Shown: piece by piece, positions 32,870 through 43,833 of the stretch
How the letters are laid out: every line of letters starts with the position of its first letter
How positions within the stretch are numbered: position 1 is the first letter of the stretch
Source: an uncultured Methanoregulaceae archaeon
Lineage (GTDB): Archaea; Halobacteriota; Methanomicrobia; Methanomicrobiales; Methanospirillaceae
NCBI GenBank assembly: GCA_963705255.1
Contig: OY970061.1
Span: 1,280,001 to 1,344,000, forward strand
DNA length: 64,000 nucleotides
Direction: 5' to 3'
Notes under the pieces: model-generated
What the model was told of the DNA's origin: nothing
What the model saw: the letters and a program-made list of their open reading frames with translations, nothing else
Database searches by the model: none
Translations under genes and position numbers: made by a program

Positions 32870-32938
32870 TTTGAGTACCTTGAATTTTTACTTCCGGCTA
32901 TGGCCGGAAAAGTTTATCGGATGCCCGTTTTCACCGGT

Positions 32939-33127
32939 TCAACCATCTACTTTGACAAATTGATCTTTCCCGGCCCCGCACTCCGGGCAGATCCAGTCAT
33001 CTGGTAATGCATCGAACCCCACACCAGGCAGGATTCCAGCCGTGGGATCTCCCACGTTCGGATCGTAAATATATCCGCAAACCAGGCATACATAAGAATC
33101 AATCTGGTTTGTCATCTCTTTTACCAT
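32939..33127 (-). CDS. Rubredoxin
   Basis: [12 protein letters not shown]...[11 protein letters not shown]; GGAGGT SD upstream. Confidence 0.95.
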   Translation of the reverse strand: MVKEMTNQIDSYVCLVCGYIYDPNVGDPTAGILPGVGFDALPDDWICPECGAGKDQFVKVDG

Positions 33128-33217
33128 TTTTACCTCCAGTTTTACCCCATCAACGATGCCTCGTTATGGCATCCTCATCTTCGTTTACCGTTTACTCTTC
33201 CCCCCGGGTCAATCCGG

Positions 33218-33514
33218 TCAAGGATTTTTATTTTCCGTAAGGGTCTTCATATACCGCTGTGCTGCTTCTGATCCGAGCAGGCAGAATGTGAGGTTCACAA
33301 GACCGATCTCGTCCACGACCGGACACGCAGGGCAGATACAGCCGACGTCTTCGGTAACACATAGGAAACTTCGCCCGTACAGGCAGTAGAGCAACTCTTT
33401 TGCATCTGCGGCACAGGTATTGTAGGTAGGACACCGGGCACAGATGCATTTATTCCAGAGCTCGGAGATCTTCTTCTCCTGGATCGTTCTTATTGCTTCG
33501 TCGAACCGGTCCAT
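33218..33514 (-). CDS. DUF2769-like Cys-rich protein
   Basis: CICARCPTYNTC...LYCLYGRS..C....GCICPACPV...FCLLGS. Confidence 0.8.
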   Translation of the reverse strand: MDRFDEAIRTIQEKKISELWNKCICARCPTYNTCAADAKELLYCLYGRSFLCVTEDVGCICPACPVVDEIGLVNLTFCLLGSEAAQRYMKTLTENKNP

Positions 33515-33520
33515 ATCGTA

Positions 33521-34012
33521 TCACTTGCGGTACATCACCTTCGGCACGGTATTGTGCACTCCATTGATCTTCCATTCACGAAGGAGTATCTTTTCGAACA
33601 TCGTGCCGATATCGACAAGGTCTTTCCGCGGGAAATAATACGGCGCGTGGACAAAGACGTCGGTCTCCTCCTTGAGCCAGTGGGAGCTGATAACATCATA
33701 GAAGGGGAAGATCCGCGGGCGCCATAACCGGTCGGTATATGGCATCTCCGCCAGATCGTCTGCCAGCATGTCCATACCCCGGTGCTCCTCGATAAGAACA
33801 AGGGTGATCGCGGCAAGATCCGGTTTTTTCTCCATCACCGGAAATATCGTGGCCTCTTCTGCCACGTGATGCGCATGGATCCGTTTTTTCAGAAACGGGT
33901 ACACTTCCTCCCGCAGCGCTCCTTCTTTCGGAGTGCTGTCCATCAGCCGTTCAAACATCAGCCGGAAATCGTCATGATCCCTCTTGATATACTCTCCAAT
34001 GGTCGTGGCCAT
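33521..34012 (-). CDS. Hemerythrin-like domain protein
   Basis: DH...HHVAEEATIFP...EEH...HWLKEETDVF di-iron ligand pattern. Confidence 0.88.
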   Translation of the reverse strand: MATTIGEYIKRDHDDFRLMFERLMDSTPKEGALREEVYPFLKKRIHAHHVAEEATIFPVMEKKPDLAAITLVLIEEHRGMDMLADDLAEMPYTDRLWRPRIFPFYDVISSHWLKEETDVFVHAPYYFPRKDLVDIGTMFEKILLREWKINGVHNTVPKVMYRK

Positions 34013-34313
34013 ATTCCACCCCCGTCCACGTTTCCTTCTCCCGCTCCGGCAGCCAGGACTCGTGACCTCACACGAAGCGGGAGACTATCGATACTCCGTA
34101 GTACAGAACATACAATATAAAATGATTTTTAAAGGGGAACCCTGGCGCCCTGATGTGATACCAACCGGTATCCCGGAGAATTTCCTGCCCGGGGATTTCA
34201 GGAAAGAGACGGAGCGGAGGGAGCTCGTATTTGGAGGATCTGATGCTTCGGATATCCACCGGCCCGGTGGCACCAAAATAACCTATTTATTGTCACCAGC
34301 TCATCTATCCCGC

Positions 34314-34694
34314 ATGGAGAGCGAGAAACTTCAGTTCTGGACAGCAGTTTTCCTCGGGTTTGTTGTCATGATCCTGTTCGCGATCCTGACCGTCAATATC
34401 CTTGAGCTGATACCGGTGGTCGGTCCGTTCTTCGGCGGGATCGTTGCCGGGTACTTCGCAGGGAAAGATTTCCTGAACGGGGCGAAAGCGGGCCTCGCAT
34501 CAGGCCTCCTCGGTTTACTGGCCGTCTCGATCGATTTCATGCTGAATACCGGTTACCTTCGGGCGGCGATACCCCACGCCCTTCAGGTTGCAGGAGTCCT
34601 GTTCCTCATATGGGCAATGATCATCTACTTTCCCATCCTTGCTTTCATCGGGGGTGCACTCGGAGGGCCATTGAAGCGCTTTTCCAAAAAATGA
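34314..34694 (+). CDS. Small multi-pass membrane protein (DUF5518-like)
   Basis: GPFFGGIVAGY...GAKAG...AFIGGALG; Gly-rich TM helices. Confidence 0.7.
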   Translation: MESEKLQFWTAVFLGFVVMILFAILTVNILELIPVVGPFFGGIVAGYFAGKDFLNGAKAGLASGLLGLLAVSIDFMLNTGYLRAAIPHALQVAGVLFLIWAMIIYFPILAFIGGALGGPLKRFSKK

Positions 34695-34819
34695 ACAATA
34701 GACCAGACTTTATTACGATAGATAAATGCAATCGGGGTCCGTCCAAGAAGGGATGAATGAATTTTCCCAGCTGATGCAGGGAAGGGAAAGATCCACGGGA
34801 TCTCAAGAGCCGGAGTTCC

Positions 34820-35173
34820 TTGTCAATTAACCTGAAACGGGTGTATGAATCCTCTGCGGACAGTGACGGGTACAGGGTGCTCGTTGAACGCCTGTGGCCC
34901 CGTGGGGTATCAAAGGAACGGGCACATGTTGACCTCTGGATGAAGGATGCCGGGGCAAGTCCCGAACTCCGGGTCTGGTTCGGCCATGACCCCGGGAAAT
35001 GGGAAGAGTTCCGGAAAAAGTACTTTGAAGAGATCCGGAACCGGCCCGATGTGCTCAGGGAACTTAAGGAGGTCATCCGCAGGGAAAAAACCGTGACGTT
35101 CCTGTTTGCAGCCCGCGATGAGACACACAACAATGCCGCCGCGTTAAAGGAATTCCTTGAGACGGAGGGATGA
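34820..35173 (+). CDS. DUF488/YeaO family protein
   Basis: LKRVYE...RVLVERLWPRGVSKE...SPELRVWFGHDP...HNNA. Confidence 0.9.
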   Translation: MSINLKRVYESSADSDGYRVLVERLWPRGVSKERAHVDLWMKDAGASPELRVWFGHDPGKWEEFRKKYFEEIRNRPDVLRELKEVIRREKTVTFLFAARDETHNNAAALKEFLETEG

Positions 35174-35240
35174 CCGGATGGTTCAATCTGAGGACCACCC
35201 GGTGCCTGCATGGTTGATTCGGCTGGGGACAACTACCATC

Positions 35241-35700
35241 TCATGAGTAAGGATGGATACGGGTAAACAGCCTGACTTTCACGGTATCATTGATCACGAA
35301 GAAGAAGAGCGCATAACCCCATACCATGAGGGCAAGTGTGAGCCCGATAGACTGCATGAATATGCCAAAAATGGCAAGACAGGTTCCCAGAATCGCGGTC
35401 AGCTCGGTGGCACCAAACAGCGAAAGCGTGGGAAGTGGCTGTTCCCAGAAATGCTGCTTCCCTGTACGGGCAAGATAGATCGTCATATGTCCGGCAACCG
35501 CGAGTTTGACAAAGATGAGCGACTGGACGATACCGGGGCTCAGGTGATAGTATTCTCTGGCAATCCAGAGTAGCAGGAAACTTTCTGCAACACCGAGAAT
35601 CCCCAGGATACTGGCGAGGGTCAGGATCCGGTTCATCCGCCAGCGGACCGGTCCTGCCGCAGCCACCGCATTGTCATACGCGATCAACATGATCGGGACT
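35241..35700 (-). pseudogene. C-terminal remnant of a plasma-membrane-type H+ P-type ATPase
   Basis: PIMLIAYDN...PVRW...QSLIFVKLAVAGHMTIYLART are P3A ATPase terminal TM segments; catalytic domains (DKTGT) absent. Confidence 0.75.
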
Positions 35701-36371
35701 CGTTTACCGATAATGCCCTGAATACCGTAGGCCTCGCCCGGATATTCCCGGGGGTAAACGTACATTCTTACCCGGTACTGTGCATCCTCGGGCGCAGGAA
35801 CGATCCTGTTGATACCCGCAACGGGATTGAGGTCCCCGCCCGCAAAAAGGCCGTGCCCCGGCACGACTTCCAGGGTCACATGCGACTATCTCCCCGGTCC
35901 GGGCGATTGTGTCTGCGCCCGTGATACCATATCAGCAGGACGGATTTCCTGCGCAACTCCGCCCACGTTGCCGGATCAATTTCAGCATTGATTTCAGCAT
36001 GCAGGAGTTTCCATCCGGTCGTTCATCCTGCAACGTCATCCTGCAACGTACTCCCCGAATCCTGTCTCGATGAGTGCTGCTGAGTGACCGATCTTCACTC
36101 CGGCATTGATGGGGATGATCCTCGTAATACCTGACCAGTTCCATCGCCGTCAGCTACGGGGATGACGTTCGCACCGCGTTTTTATGCAGCCTTCTTTTCG
36201 CATCCTTCCTCCTCGCACTCGATATAAAATTTGAAAACTCGTGAAAAGTTTATATCAAAAAACCACGCATGGCCATAAATCCGGCACCGGATGGTTCCAT
36301 CCTGTGCAGAAAGGAGGGACTGCTTCGGGCCCGGCAGCACGTGGCATATCCCGGATCCTGTGGAGATCGTT

Positions 36372-37781
36372 ATGACCGGGGAATCGATCCTGATTGTAGA
36401 AGATGAAGGATTCATCGCGCTCCAGATCAAGGAACTGCTGGAGAAGAACGGGTACCGGGTTTCCGGTACCCTCGCGTACGGGGAGGACGCCGTGGTGATG
36501 TCAGAAAAGGACCCCCCGGATCTCGTCTGCATGGACATCGAGTTGATGGGAAAGATCGACGGGATTGAGGCAGCCCGGCAGATCGATGAACATGCCGATA
36601 TCCCGATCATTTATCTGACTGCGTATTCCGACAGCCAGCGGCTCGCCCGGGTAAAGGATACCGTGTCGTACGGTTATATTGTCAAGCCGTTCAACGACCG
36701 GGAGCTGCTCGCCGCGGTGGACATGGCGATCCACCGGCATAAGGTCGACCAGCAGCTCCGGGAGAGCATGCAGCGCTACCGGGCCATCGTCGACAATGCT
36801 GCGGAGGGCATCCTCCTGGTCTCCTGCGGGACCGGGGCGATCCTCGAAGCCAACCCGGCGTCTATCCGGCTGCTCGGGTATACCCCCGGGGAACTCTCTA
36901 GCATGACTGTTGGCGAGCTCGCCGCGACCCGTGACGAACAGGCCGGAGTATGGGAGGAGTCCGTCTGCAGGCAGGAAATCTGGTCAGGAGAGGTGCAGTT
37001 GCGGTGCCGGGACGGCTCGCTGCGGGACGTTGAACTCACCTCCCGTATCATCCGCCGGGAGGGAGCCCCTGAGTTATCCTGCATAATGGCCCACGATAGA
37101 ACGGACCTGAAACGTTCGGAAGCAGCGCTGCGGGAAGCGCACCGGAAACTCAACCTCCTTTCGAGTGTCACCCGTCACGATATCCTCAACCAGCTCACCG
37201 TGCTGTACGGGTTCCTCGAACTGTCCGGGCCCGACGTTGCCGGCACCCGGTTGGAAGAGTATGTGACGAGAGAGAGGAAGGCTGCAGAAGCGATCCGGCG
37301 TATGATCAGTTTCACGAAGGATTACGAGGAGATCGGGCAGCAGCGGCCCGGCTGGCACCGTGTGGAGGCAATCATCTGCCAGCTGGCAAAAACCGCAAAC
37401 CTCCCGGGTGTTGCGCTCGATCTCCGGCTCGGGGAACTGGAACTCTATGCCGACCCGCTCCTCGAACGGGTCTTCAACAACCTGCTGGACAATGCTTTTC
37501 GCCATGGAGAGCATGTGAAGACGATCACGGTGGCAGCCGGGACAGCGCCCACCGGCCTTGTGATCCGGTGGGAGGATGATGGCACCGGGGTTCCCGATGC
37601 GGAGAAGGAGAGGATCTTCGAAAGGGGCTATGGGAAAAATACCGGTCTCGGTCTCTTCCTTGCCCGGGAGATCCTCAGCCTGACCGGCATTACGATCCGG
37701 GAGACGGGCACGTTTGGCAGCGGTGCACGGTTCGAGATCATGGTGCCTGCCGGGGCATTCCGGTATCCCGCAGCGGGATGA
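36372..37781 (+). CDS. Hybrid receiver-PAS-histidine kinase
   Basis: ILIVEDE...MDI...LTAY...KPF receiver; PAS; SVTRHDILNQL H-box; LDNAFRHG, DDGTG, GLGLFL. Confidence 0.93.
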   Translation: MTGESILIVEDEGFIALQIKELLEKNGYRVSGTLAYGEDAVVMSEKDPPDLVCMDIELMGKIDGIEAARQIDEHADIPIIYLTAYSDSQRLARVKDTVSYGYIVKPFNDRELLAAVDMAIHRHKVDQQLRESMQRYRAIVDNAAEGILLVSCGTGAILEANPASIRLLGYTPGELSSMTVGELAATRDEQAGVWEESVCRQEIWSGEVQLRCRDGSLRDVELTSRIIRREGAPELSCIMAHDRTDLKRSEAALREAHRKLNLLSSVTRHDILNQLTVLYGFLELSGPDVAGTRLEEYVTRERKAAEAIRRMISFTKDYEEIGQQRPGWHRVEAIICQLAKTANLPGVALDLRLGELELYADPLLERVFNNLLDNAFRHGEHVKTITVAAGTAPTGLVIRWEDDGTGVPDAEKERIFERGYGKNTGLGLFLAREILSLTGITIRETGTFGSGARFEIMVPAGAFRYPAAG

Positions 37782-38170
37782 GCAGAATTCACCGGATTCC
37801 CGTCCTCCTTGCTGGTATCGGACAGGGGATTTGTTTCCGGTTGTCCAGCACCCGTGCAGCACAAACAGCCCGGTTCTGCGGTGGAGGAATTTCCCGAATA
37901 CCGGTACGATAATGGGATCCGGCTCCTGACGAAGGAATCTCGTGGCAGCCTGGAACAAAGACGATACTCTCTGGAATTTCCTTACGCTCAGTGACGGATA
38001 CCATCTTCCCAACGATTCCGGACAGCAGTCTCAGGCTCCCGGCAGTCTGCAATCGCCCGGCTTCAATCCGGTGAACTTCCTCGCCCGCCACCAGCTCCGG
38101 GCAGAGATCGGTATACGGCAGACAAATGTACTGAGTTTATTTTCCGGCTGGACAATACGGAAGGTAACCC

Positions 38171-38551
38171 ATGAGCGGAGAGACCATTCTGGTAGTCGAA
38201 GACGAAGGGCTGATCGCCCTCCACATGACTGAAGTACTGGAAAAAGCGGGATACCGCGTCCCCGGCCCGGCTTACTCCGGGGAGATGGCGCTCCGGGCGC
38301 TCGAAACGTCCCCGGTACCCGATCTCATCCTCATGGATATCGGGCTTGCGGGAACACTCGACGGGATCGAGACTGCCCGGCAGATCCGGAAGCGGTTTTC
38401 GATCCCCCTGATCTTCGTCACTGCCTATACCTCGGAGCGTATGCTCGAACGGATACGCGAAGTTGCGCCGGACGGGGTTCTCAACAAACCGTTCGTTGAC
38501 GAGGAGCTGCTCGCCCTTGTCGGGAAAGCCGTGGGAGGGGGATCCGCATGA
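38171..38551 (+). CDS. Single-domain response regulator
   Basis: ILVVEDE, ILMDIGL, VTAY, NKPF. Confidence 0.93.
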   Translation: MSGETILVVEDEGLIALHMTEVLEKAGYRVPGPAYSGEMALRALETSPVPDLILMDIGLAGTLDGIETARQIRKRFSIPLIFVTAYTSERMLERIREVAPDGVLNKPFVDEELLALVGKAVGGGSA

Positions 38552-38641
38552 TACCGGGTCTGTCGGTTATCCCTGCCTGGAGACATATGCACTGGTTATA
38601 TGTATCCGGGAAGGAAAAAAGAAACATTTGTGGTGTAATGT

Positions 38642-39220
38642 ATGCCAGAGGAAGTCGTCATTGTTGAAACCACATTCCACCCGGTGAAATGGGGTTCGTT
38701 TATCGTCCGCGGACTGATTGCCCTCATCATCGGGATTCTCGTCCTGATCTGGACCGGTGTAGCGGTACAGGTTGTGGTAACCCTCATCGGGATCCTGATC
38801 ATCATTGCTGCGATCCTCGCGCTGGTCCTTGCCCTCAAGGCGCCGGCCGGTGCTTCGCAATCCACCGTGCTCCTCGTGGTGGGAGTCCTGGGCCTGCTCG
38901 TCGGAATCGCGGCCATCCTGTACCCGTGGGTTGCTGCTGCGGGGCTTACGGTTATCATTGCCCTCCTTATGCTCTTCTTCGGGTTTATCGATCTCTCGAT
39001 CGCAATCTTCCATCCCGAATTCACGAAGCACCGGCTGGTGCTCGGCTTTTCCGGGGCGCTTTCGGTAATTCTCGGGGGGGTATTCTTCTTCCTGCCAGTG
39101 CTCGGGGCGCTGGTGCTTGTTGCCGTCTATCTCGGGATATTTGCAATCATCTACGGCATCCTGAGCATCGTCATCGGGCTCATGGTGAGGGGTGAGCAGA
39201 AGAACGTGACGGCAGGGTAA
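38642..39220 (+). CDS. HdeD/DUF308 family membrane protein
   Basis: W...RGLIALIIGIL...W repeats, six TM helices. Confidence 0.85.
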   Translation: MPEEVVIVETTFHPVKWGSFIVRGLIALIIGILVLIWTGVAVQVVVTLIGILIIIAAILALVLALKAPAGASQSTVLLVVGVLGLLVGIAAILYPWVAAAGLTVIIALLMLFFGFIDLSIAIFHPEFTKHRLVLGFSGALSVILGGVFFFLPVLGALVLVAVYLGIFAIIYGILSIVIGLMVRGEQKNVTAG

Positions 39221-39373
39221 CCATTCGCAGGATCCGGATTCCGGATCATTTCCACCTTTTTACCGGAAAGGGCGTCGTATCGAAAAACGGTGCTGCCGGG
39301 ATTACGGCTGGTGACTCCTGTTTCACCTCATTAAAATGTCCCTGTCAACCATCACCTTCTCAGGACCTCCGCG

Positions 39374-40579
39374 TCAGTGACCCGATGGCCCGCTGCCGTG
39401 CGGGTTCCTGGTGGTCCAGACAAGGAGGAGCGTTCCCGCCGCAGCGATGACAGCGGCGACCATGAACCCGGCGCTGTACCCCACGAAGGTCCAGATGAAC
39501 CCGATCATCACGCTGGATACGAGATCGCCGACCCCGTTCATGGTGGCGAGCGCCCCGAAACCGAGAGCCCGGGAATCTTCCTCCACCATCTCGCCGGCGA
39601 GGGCGCTTTCGAGGGTGTCCTCGGCCGCGATGAAGAGCCCGCACATCGCGAAGAGGACCCCGTACGCGACCAGGTTCACCGGGACGAGAACAAAACCGAT
39701 GAAGGTCGCGACCGCGATGGCATACCCGAGGATGAGCATCGGCCTCCGCCCGACCCGATCGCCAAGCGATCCGAGGGGGTACGATGCCCCGGCATAGACG
39801 ATATTCCGGACGAGGTACAGGCCTGCGCCCGCAGCAGTCGCCGTCATGAACCCGAGCGAGGGGGTGAGACTGACGATGGCAAATGCGATGAGCAGGGTCT
39901 GGGAGAAGTCCGCAATCCCGAAGACCAGCACCGCGGAGAGGAACGCCCTGAACCGTGACGGGAGTCCCTTCAGGGAGGCAGCAAGGGGAAGGGGCCGCGG
40001 GTGCGGGGCAGTGTCACGCTCGCGCAGGAAGAGCCAGATTGCGACGAACGCAAGGATCCCGGGAATGACCGCCAGCCAGAGGATCTCCCGGACACCCATC
40101 GATGAGACGAGGACGAGGGCGATGGCCGGCCCGGCGACCGCCCCGAGCGTGTCCCCGGCCCGGTGAAACCCGAAGGCCTTGCCGAGATCCTTCTTCTCCA
40201 CCGATTTCGAGAGGATTGCGTCCCGGGAGGGGCTGCGGATCCCTTTGCCGATCCACCCGACGAGCCTCCCCGCGAGCACGACTTACCACGAGCCGGCAAT
40301 AGCGATGATCGCGGGGAAGATGGCGGTCGCGACCGAACCTCCGAGGGCAAACTCCCGCCGCCTGCCCAGCTTGTCGGCGAAATAGCCCGAGAAGAGCTTA
40401 ACGAAACTGGAGGCGCCGTCGCTCAGGCCCTCGATGATACCGAGGGCAAAGACCGGCGCACCGAGGATGATCAGGAACGAGGGGAGGAGGACGGTCACCG
40501 ACTCGTACCCGAGATCGCCAAAGAAACTCGCGACCCCGGCCCCAAGGACTGTCCGGTTCAGCCATGCCGGCCACTTCAT
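39374..40579 (-). CDS. MFS transporter with an in-frame TAA at 40283-40285
   Basis: ORFs 40283..40579 and 39374..40279 are in the same frame (GSW*VVLAGR); GYFADKLGRR, GKGIRSPSRDA, AFGFHRAGDTLGA. Confidence 0.85.
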
Positions 40580-40710
40580 ACCAGTACATCGGGAGAGGAT
40601 CCCTGATAAATGCTGGGGATTCTGGTTTTGTTAAGGGGGCAGTGAGCGACCGATCTTTCAGCTCATTACCATATCCTTGTCAGCCGTCAACGGTCAGTAC
40701 CTCCTCCCTC

Positions 40711-41922
40711 TTACCTCAGTCTTTTTATCCTCACCATCGCCAGGACCCCCGCGACCGATGGCAGAGCGGTACTTGCCATCGCTCCCTGCCACCCGATGAG
40801 CGGCACGAGGCTTTCGGTGATCAGGGGAGCTGAAAGGGCGGCGAGCCCGACCATCAGGTTCAGGATACCGGATGCCGGACCGGCGTGTTCCGGGCCGACG
40901 ATCTCCCGGGGTGAGGCAAAGACCATTGCCGGCGTCATCCCCCAGACTATCCCGAGGACGGCAAAAAAGAGTGCCCATGGCAGGAAACCCCGGCCAAGGA
41001 AGAAGATCACCGCGCAGAGCAGGAGCCCCGCCGCCATCGATGCAAGGATAAAGGTTCTCCGGGTGCAGAACCTGTCCGACACCATGCCGGTGACCGGGGC
41101 TGCCCAGATGATCATCGAGACGGGGAGGATCGCAAGCACGGACGCCGTAAAGAGATCAAACCCGAGAACCGTCGTGAAATACGCGGGTGCGAGCGACGTT
41201 ATCCCGAGCATGTAATAGTTGACCGCGAACCATGCGACAGCAACGAGCCACATCTCCCGGTCGAGAAACACGGACTCAAGGCAGTCATGGGAGAGGCAGG
41301 CCGCCCGCTCATCAGCGAAATACCCCCCGGACCGCATTCCGTCGTCCGCCGGTTGTTTTGCGAGACCCGCCCAGAGGGCGAGGGACGCGATCGCAAAGAG
41401 CAAGGAGAACCAGAGGACCGATATCCAGCCGTACGTGGCGATAAGGACCGGGGCGAGTACGAAGATGAGCAGCCCTGATACCGGGAGTGTCGTTGACCAG
41501 ATCCCGGTCGCAAGGCCCATTTCGTCCTTCCGGAACCAGATGGAAAGGGCGCTCACCGGCCACGTGAATGCCATCCCGAAGCCCAGCCCCGTTATGAACC
41601 GGCCGGCGAAGATCCCCCAGAACGTCGGGAACCCTGCCGTGACGATGGTGCCGAACAGGATCGTCCCGAGGCAGGCGATCCCTGCGAATTTCCAGCCGAG
41701 CCTGGGGGAGAGGATCGCAAACGGGATCGCCATGATCGAGATACCGATACCAAAACCGGTCATGGTGGCGAACCCGACATCGGAGAGGGAAACACCGAGG
41801 AAAACGGTCAGGGCGGGGAAGAGCGGCGGCATCGCAAAGAGTGCGATCGGCCCGGCCATGCCGGCGACGAACGCAGCGAAGAGAATTGCCCAGCGGTACC
41901 GGTAACTTTCGCTCCCCTGCAC
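40711..41922 (-). CDS. MFS transporter
   Basis: About 12 TM helices, GRFITGLG, WF...GLATG, GMVSDRF; likely GTG start at 41922. Confidence 0.85.
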   Translation of the reverse strand: MQGSESYRYRWAILFAAFVAGMAGPIALFAMPPLFPALTVFLGVSLSDVGFATMTGFGIGISIMAIPFAILSPRLGWKFAGIACLGTILFGTIVTAGFPTFWGIFAGRFITGLGFGMAFTWPVSALSIWFRKDEMGLATGIWSTTLPVSGLLIFVLAPVLIATYGWISVLWFSLLFAIASLALWAGLAKQPADDGMRSGGYFADERAACLSHDCLESVFLDREMWLVAVAWFAVNYYMLGITSLAPAYFTTVLGFDLFTASVLAILPVSMIIWAAPVTGMVSDRFCTRRTFILASMAAGLLLCAVIFFLGRGFLPWALFFAVLGIVWGMTPAMVFASPREIVGPEHAGPASGILNLMVGLAALSAPLITESLVPLIGWQGAMASTALPSVAGVLAMVRIKRLR

Positions 41923-42283
41923 AGACGCACTCCGTAATGCAAGGCAATGGTAGCAGGGATTATTTGTAAGTTTCGTCAAACAATGACAGGACCCCGCGGT
42001 GCCGGACCGGCAGGGCCCCTCCTGCCCATCAGGCTGCCGGAAAAATCCGGCCCGGAAACCGGATCCGGACAATGACAGGAAGGGGGGATTACCGGGTCTG
42101 ATTCAGGAGATACGGCACTATCATAACCGGGGGCGCCACGGCAGAAGGGGGCAGACCGGAGGAGCAACCCCACGGCGTGTCAGGGGATCGGACTATCTCA
42201 CGAGTTCCGTGTCCATTATCCGGCATAGAACGGAAGGGGAAAATGCAATGAATAAAACAGAATGCCTGTTCCAGTCCTTATCC

Positions 42284-42730
42284 TTACGCCGGGCGGATCT
42301 CCACCAGCTTCAGGGGCCGCCCCTTCTCGCAGATGTCCGGGGCATTGCCCATCACCTCGGTGACCACGTACTTCTCTCCCTCGACTACACCGTCGGGGCG
42401 GCAGAGCGAAAAGCTCCGGCAGTCACTCTTGTAACAGGAGAGCTCGGGCTTGATCTTGGAGTTGACAATCGCCATCTCGGGACTGATGAGCATCGTCACC
42501 GGGGCCTCCATCACCTCGACTGCAGTCGCACCGTTCAGGTGGACATTGCATTCGTGGTGGGTGGTCCGGACCGAGACGATCCGGTATTTCCTTCCCTTCT
42601 GGAGGTTGTGGCAGGCCTTCTTCACCTTACAGATGTCGCAGGCAGCGACCTCCCCCTCATAGATGAACTCCACCCCCTGCTTTGCGAGCACGGTCCCCAC
42701 CAGCGTCACCTTTGTCTTGGATTCTGCCAT
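42284..42730 (-). CDS. UPF0179 family protein
   Basis: VTLVGTVLAKQGVEFIY...CDIC....C..L..GRKYRI...HEC..H. Confidence 0.88.
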   Translation of the reverse strand: MAESKTKVTLVGTVLAKQGVEFIYEGEVAACDICKVKKACHNLQKGRKYRIVSVRTTHHECNVHLNGATAVEVMEAPVTMLISPEMAIVNSKIKPELSCYKSDCRSFSLCRPDGVVEGEKYVVTEVMGNAPDICEKGRPLKLVEIRPA

Positions 42731-42742
42731 GCCGTCGTCACC

Positions 42743-43831
42743 TCACTCCTTGTAGAGCATCTGCACGAGGGTCTCGGCCGACTCCCGCGTGAGCCCCATA
42801 TCGAGTATAGTAAAGCGCTCAGGACGGATATCCTTTGCCATGAGGAGGACCTCGACCGCGGTCGCATCATCGATGCCGACCTCCGCGGGCGTCACCGGCG
42901 CCCCGATGCTCCTGAGCGAGGAGCGGATGCTGCGCCAGTCGCCCCCGTGGAGGTACATGGTGATGATCGTCCCGATCCCGCAACTTTCGCCGTGCAGCGC
43001 CTTCCCGGGCGCGAGCCGGTCCAGGGCATGGGAGAACTTGTGCTCCCCCCCGCTCGCCGGGCGGGACGAGCCCGCGATGCTCATCGCGACACCGCTGGAG
43101 ACAAGCGCCTTGATCACAAACCATGCCGACTGCTCCTGGTGCGGTTTTATCAGGTTGGCGTTCTTCACCAGGATCTCGGCGGTCATCTTCGAGAGGGCCA
43201 TGGCGTATTCGCTCATCGGCTCGCCTTTCACCCGGTGTGCAAGTTCCCAGTCGAGGATAGCGGTATAGTTGGAGATGACGTCCGCACAGCCGGCCGCGAG
43301 GAGGCGGTGCGGAGCGGAGGCGATGATCCCGGTATCGGCAACGATGGCAATGGGAGGCTGTGCCTCGAGCGACGAGTGGCCTTCCTCAATGGGGACCGAG
43401 GCCCGGGCTGACGCGATGCCGTCATGGGACGCCGCCGTCGGGACCGAGATGAACTGGAGGTCGAGGTTGTACCAGACGATCTTGGCCGTGTCGATCACCC
43501 TTCCGCCCCCGACGCCGATCAGGAAGTCCATGCCGGATGCCGCCTTCTCCGCGTCCTTGATGACCCTGACGCTGATCTCCCCGGCAAGGTAGGGGGTAAC
43601 CTCGTACTTTTCTGCAAGGACGGCCCTGACCCGTTCGCCGGCCAGCCCCATCGTGCCCCTGCCGGAGACGAGCAGCGCAGAGCGGCCGAGTTTCAGGTCG
43701 TTGCAGATCGCGGGAAGCTGCCCGAAGACATCGTGCCCGATCACCACGTCGCGGGGCAGCTGCATCCACTTGGACTTGTCAAAGACCCTGGGTTTGAGTA
43801 ATTTTATTGCATCTGCGCTCATTGTACTCAT
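42743..43831 (-). CDS. egsA: sn-glycerol-1-phosphate dehydrogenase
   Basis: GVGGGRVIDTAK, VPTAASHDGIAS, SSRPASGGEHKFSHALD, LHGE. Confidence 0.95.
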   Translation of the reverse strand: MSTMSADAIKLLKPRVFDKSKWMQLPRDVVIGHDVFGQLPAICNDLKLGRSALLVSGRGTMGLAGERVRAVLAEKYEVTPYLAGEISVRVIKDAEKAASGMDFLIGVGGGRVIDTAKIVWYNLDLQFISVPTAASHDGIASARASVPIEEGHSSLEAQPPIAIVADTGIIASAPHRLLAAGCADVISNYTAILDWELAHRVKGEPMSEYAMALSKMTAEILVKNANLIKPHQEQSAWFVIKALVSSGVAMSIAGSSRPASGGEHKFSHALDRLAPGKALHGESCGIGTIITMYLHGGDWRSIRSSLRSIGAPVTPAEVGIDDATAVEVLLMAKDIRPERFTILDMGLTRESAETLVQMLYKE

Positions 43832-43833
43832 GG

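Noticed and set aside
40283-40285. Pyrrolysine or selenocysteine readthrough in the MFS gene
   Set aside because: The stop is TAA, not TAG/TGA; one substitution restores TAC (within GTAC) or CAA, so error or simple nonsense is more likely
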